The notes beneath the pieces were generated by a model. The model was not told the origin of the DNA. It searched no databases and saw only the letters and a program-made list of their open reading frames with translations. Shown piece after piece: positions 34,317 through 36,951 of a stretch of DNA of 36,951 nucleotides. The first letter of the stretch is position 1, and each line of letters starts with the position of its first letter. The position numbers and the translations under genes were made by a program. Source of the DNA: Octopus sinensis (taxonomy: Eukaryota). The DNA is taken from NCBI RefSeq assembly GCF_006345805.1, contig NW_021836850.1, forward strand, positions 1 through 36,951. Reading direction: 5' to 3'.

Positions 34317-35559
34317 ATATATATATTATATATATATATATACACGATATATATATATGTATATACGAATATTCATGTGTGTGTGTGTGGTGTGTGTTGC
34401 GTATGTCTGTGTGTGTTGGTTTGACTACACATACAGGAAGGTAGAGTAAAGGGTTTGGTAGCTAGCTATAGCGTATCGAAGACGATTTTACACTGCATTT
34501 TCAGTCAAGTTGCCAGGCTTAACTATTTCCACTCGATGCCATTGAGCAAATAGACAACATCTGTTCCGCGGGAAGATAGGAAAGCGACAGAGTGAGAGAG
34601 AGAGAGGGAGAGAAAGACAGACAGACAGGGAGGAAGCAAAGAGGAAGAGTGAGAAATAATACAAATAATAAAAGTAAAAGAAATATCAAAAAGAAAAAGA
34701 AAAAATGGGAAATAACAACACTAAGCAAAAAGAAAATTAGCCAACCGCTTCAGCGGAAGCAAGGGACGGTCGGTCGTCATTGCGCGGGAAAAGGCTAAAC
34801 AGCGTCAACACATAAAAAGCGAGATGGTTCGGGTTGGTTGGCTGGAGGGCTGGTTGGGAGAAGATATGAATGTCTCTTTCACCCATCACTACACCACCAC
34901 CACCACCACATCCTCCATCATCGTCACCATCACCACTGGCATCACCATGAACTTCGTCATCATATAATTCTGCTTCCCCCTCCCCAACCGCCATTCCCTG
35001 CCGCCGAACCTTCCCTCTGTTGCTATCTTGTGTGCCGTGTGTATGCGCCGTATGTACTCTCCTACTTGATGTGACAGTCAATTGGTCCTAGAAAGATTTA
35101 TTAGAAAATCTAATTAAGGAGTGTTGTGCATGTGTATGTATGCATATGTGAGAGTGCAGTCGTGCGAGTATGCGAATGTATGTGGGTTCCTGTATCTGTG
35201 TGCCTGTGTGGTATGCTTACATGTAAGTGTTTATCCTATATGTTAGTTTTCTATCACGCATCCTCTCATGATATCTCCCTAAATCTCTGATTCTTTCTAT
35301 CTCCTTATATATATATATATTATATATATATATATATATATATGTAGACGTATCTGAGAGTGTGTGAAACATGCATGCATCGATTAATAGATAGAATTGT
35401 TGGGGGTGTGGGGAGTGAAAAAGAGGAAAAAAAGGACAAAAATCTGTACAAACACTAACACATATTCACTCGTATATGCATGTACATATATACACAGATC
35501 CACGCACATACAGACAATCATAGAGACGCACGCAGAGAAAATCAGACAGATACACACAC

Positions 35560-35609
35560 ATATGCATACACACATATGCATATATATATACATAGCTATG
35601 GTTATACAT

Positions 35610-35646
<37 letters not shown>

Positions 35647-35742
35647 TGTGTGTGGTGTGTGTGTATATATATGAGCGAGAGAGAGAGAGATAGATAAAAA
35701 AACAGACAGATAGACAGATAGATAGATAGATAGATACATACA

Positions 35743-35776
<34 letters not shown>

Positions 35777-36058
35777 CATACATATATACATACATAGATA
35801 TAAATGCATGCATATTTGTGAATGTATATATATATATATTATATATATATGTGTGTGTGCGCGCGTGTGTGTGTGTGTGTGTGTGTGTACATATAGATAC
35901 GCACATGCAAACACATAAAGATGAACTCCCCAAAATTGACACCGAGCATATATTGTAAACACATACATACACACACAAACACGTACGCACTCAGTTACAC
36001 TCATATACAATCTAATACATTTTCATTATATATTCATACATTTGTACATGTATACATA

Positions 36059-36153
<95 letters not shown>

Positions 36154-36166
36154 CACACACACAAAG

Positions 36167-36197
<31 letters not shown>

Positions 36198-36467
36198 TAT
36201 GATATATATATATACATATATATATGTATATAATATACATAATTGTTTTTATACATATATATATATACATATATATGTATATATATATATTAATTATATA
36301 TATATACACATATATACATATAGATGCATATATATATATACAATATATACATATATATGTATATATATGTGTATGTGTGTGTCTGTGTATACTCTATTAC
36401 TCTACCTCCGGTATTTTTTCCACCTTGTATTGCATTCATATGGTTACTTTGATATATAGATATATAT

Positions 36468-36521
<54 letters not shown>

Positions 36522-36750
36522 ATATAATACACATATACATTTAAATATGTGCATATATATATATTTACATATATGTATATATATATATGCATACATATAC
36601 ATGTATATACACTTTAGATGAGTTGTAGTGCACTGAGCACTGTACACAATTATTATTATTATTATTATTATTATTTTATTATTATTATTATATTATTATA
36701 TATATGTGTATATATATATACATATATATATATATATAACATATACATAC

Positions 36751-36781
<31 letters not shown>

Positions 36782-36850
36782 ATATAGTATATATATATAC
36801 TTATATATATATATATATATATATATATAGATCTATATATATATACATGA
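35560..36850. repeat. Compound (TA)/(TG)/(GATA)/(TACA)/(ATT) low-complexity region
   Basis: Seen directly. Confidence 0.9.
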
Positions 36851-36951
36851 TATAGCTATATGCAAGTTGACAGATTAATGCTTGCAAGGATGTAGTTATA
36901 TGGTGATGGAGAGTATGTATACATGGACAGAGACAGGGACCGTGAAATATT

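Noticed and set aside
34838-35074. His/Pro-rich 78-aa ORF as a transcription-factor exon
   Set aside because: It begins at a non-ATG codon, derives from a (CAC/CAT) patch, and has no recognisable domain or convincing splice sites.

Overview
Repeat-saturated, AT-rich eukaryotic non-coding DNA. The tRNA-derived SINE families and extreme microsatellite load match my recollection of octopus (coleoid cephalopod) genomes; this is inference, not a database match. No intact host gene is visible, and nearly all ORFs in the track are translations of microsatellites. The real coding signal comes from decayed mobile elements: two CR1/L2-type LINE 3' ends, an RTE (BovB-like) LINE, an R4/Dong-like relic, a Tx1/L1-like relic, an I-group LINE (RT + RNase H) with a 5' inversion, a probable Tigger/pogo HTH fragment, and about a dozen SINE copies from three families. 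The most notable items are: (1) a minimal type I hammerhead ribozyme motif with a complete catalytic core, a palindromic stem III and a long AU-rich stem II (25006-25109), inside an AT-rich, internally duplicated, possibly Penelope-like relic; (2) a twin-priming-type inversion in a non-L1 LINE (29080-31463); (3) a 16-unit higher-order minisatellite built from GAT/GAC triplets next to it; (4) two near-perfect hairpins (8118-8176, 23403-23498). These are mostly instances of known classes. I cannot show that a wholly new system is present.
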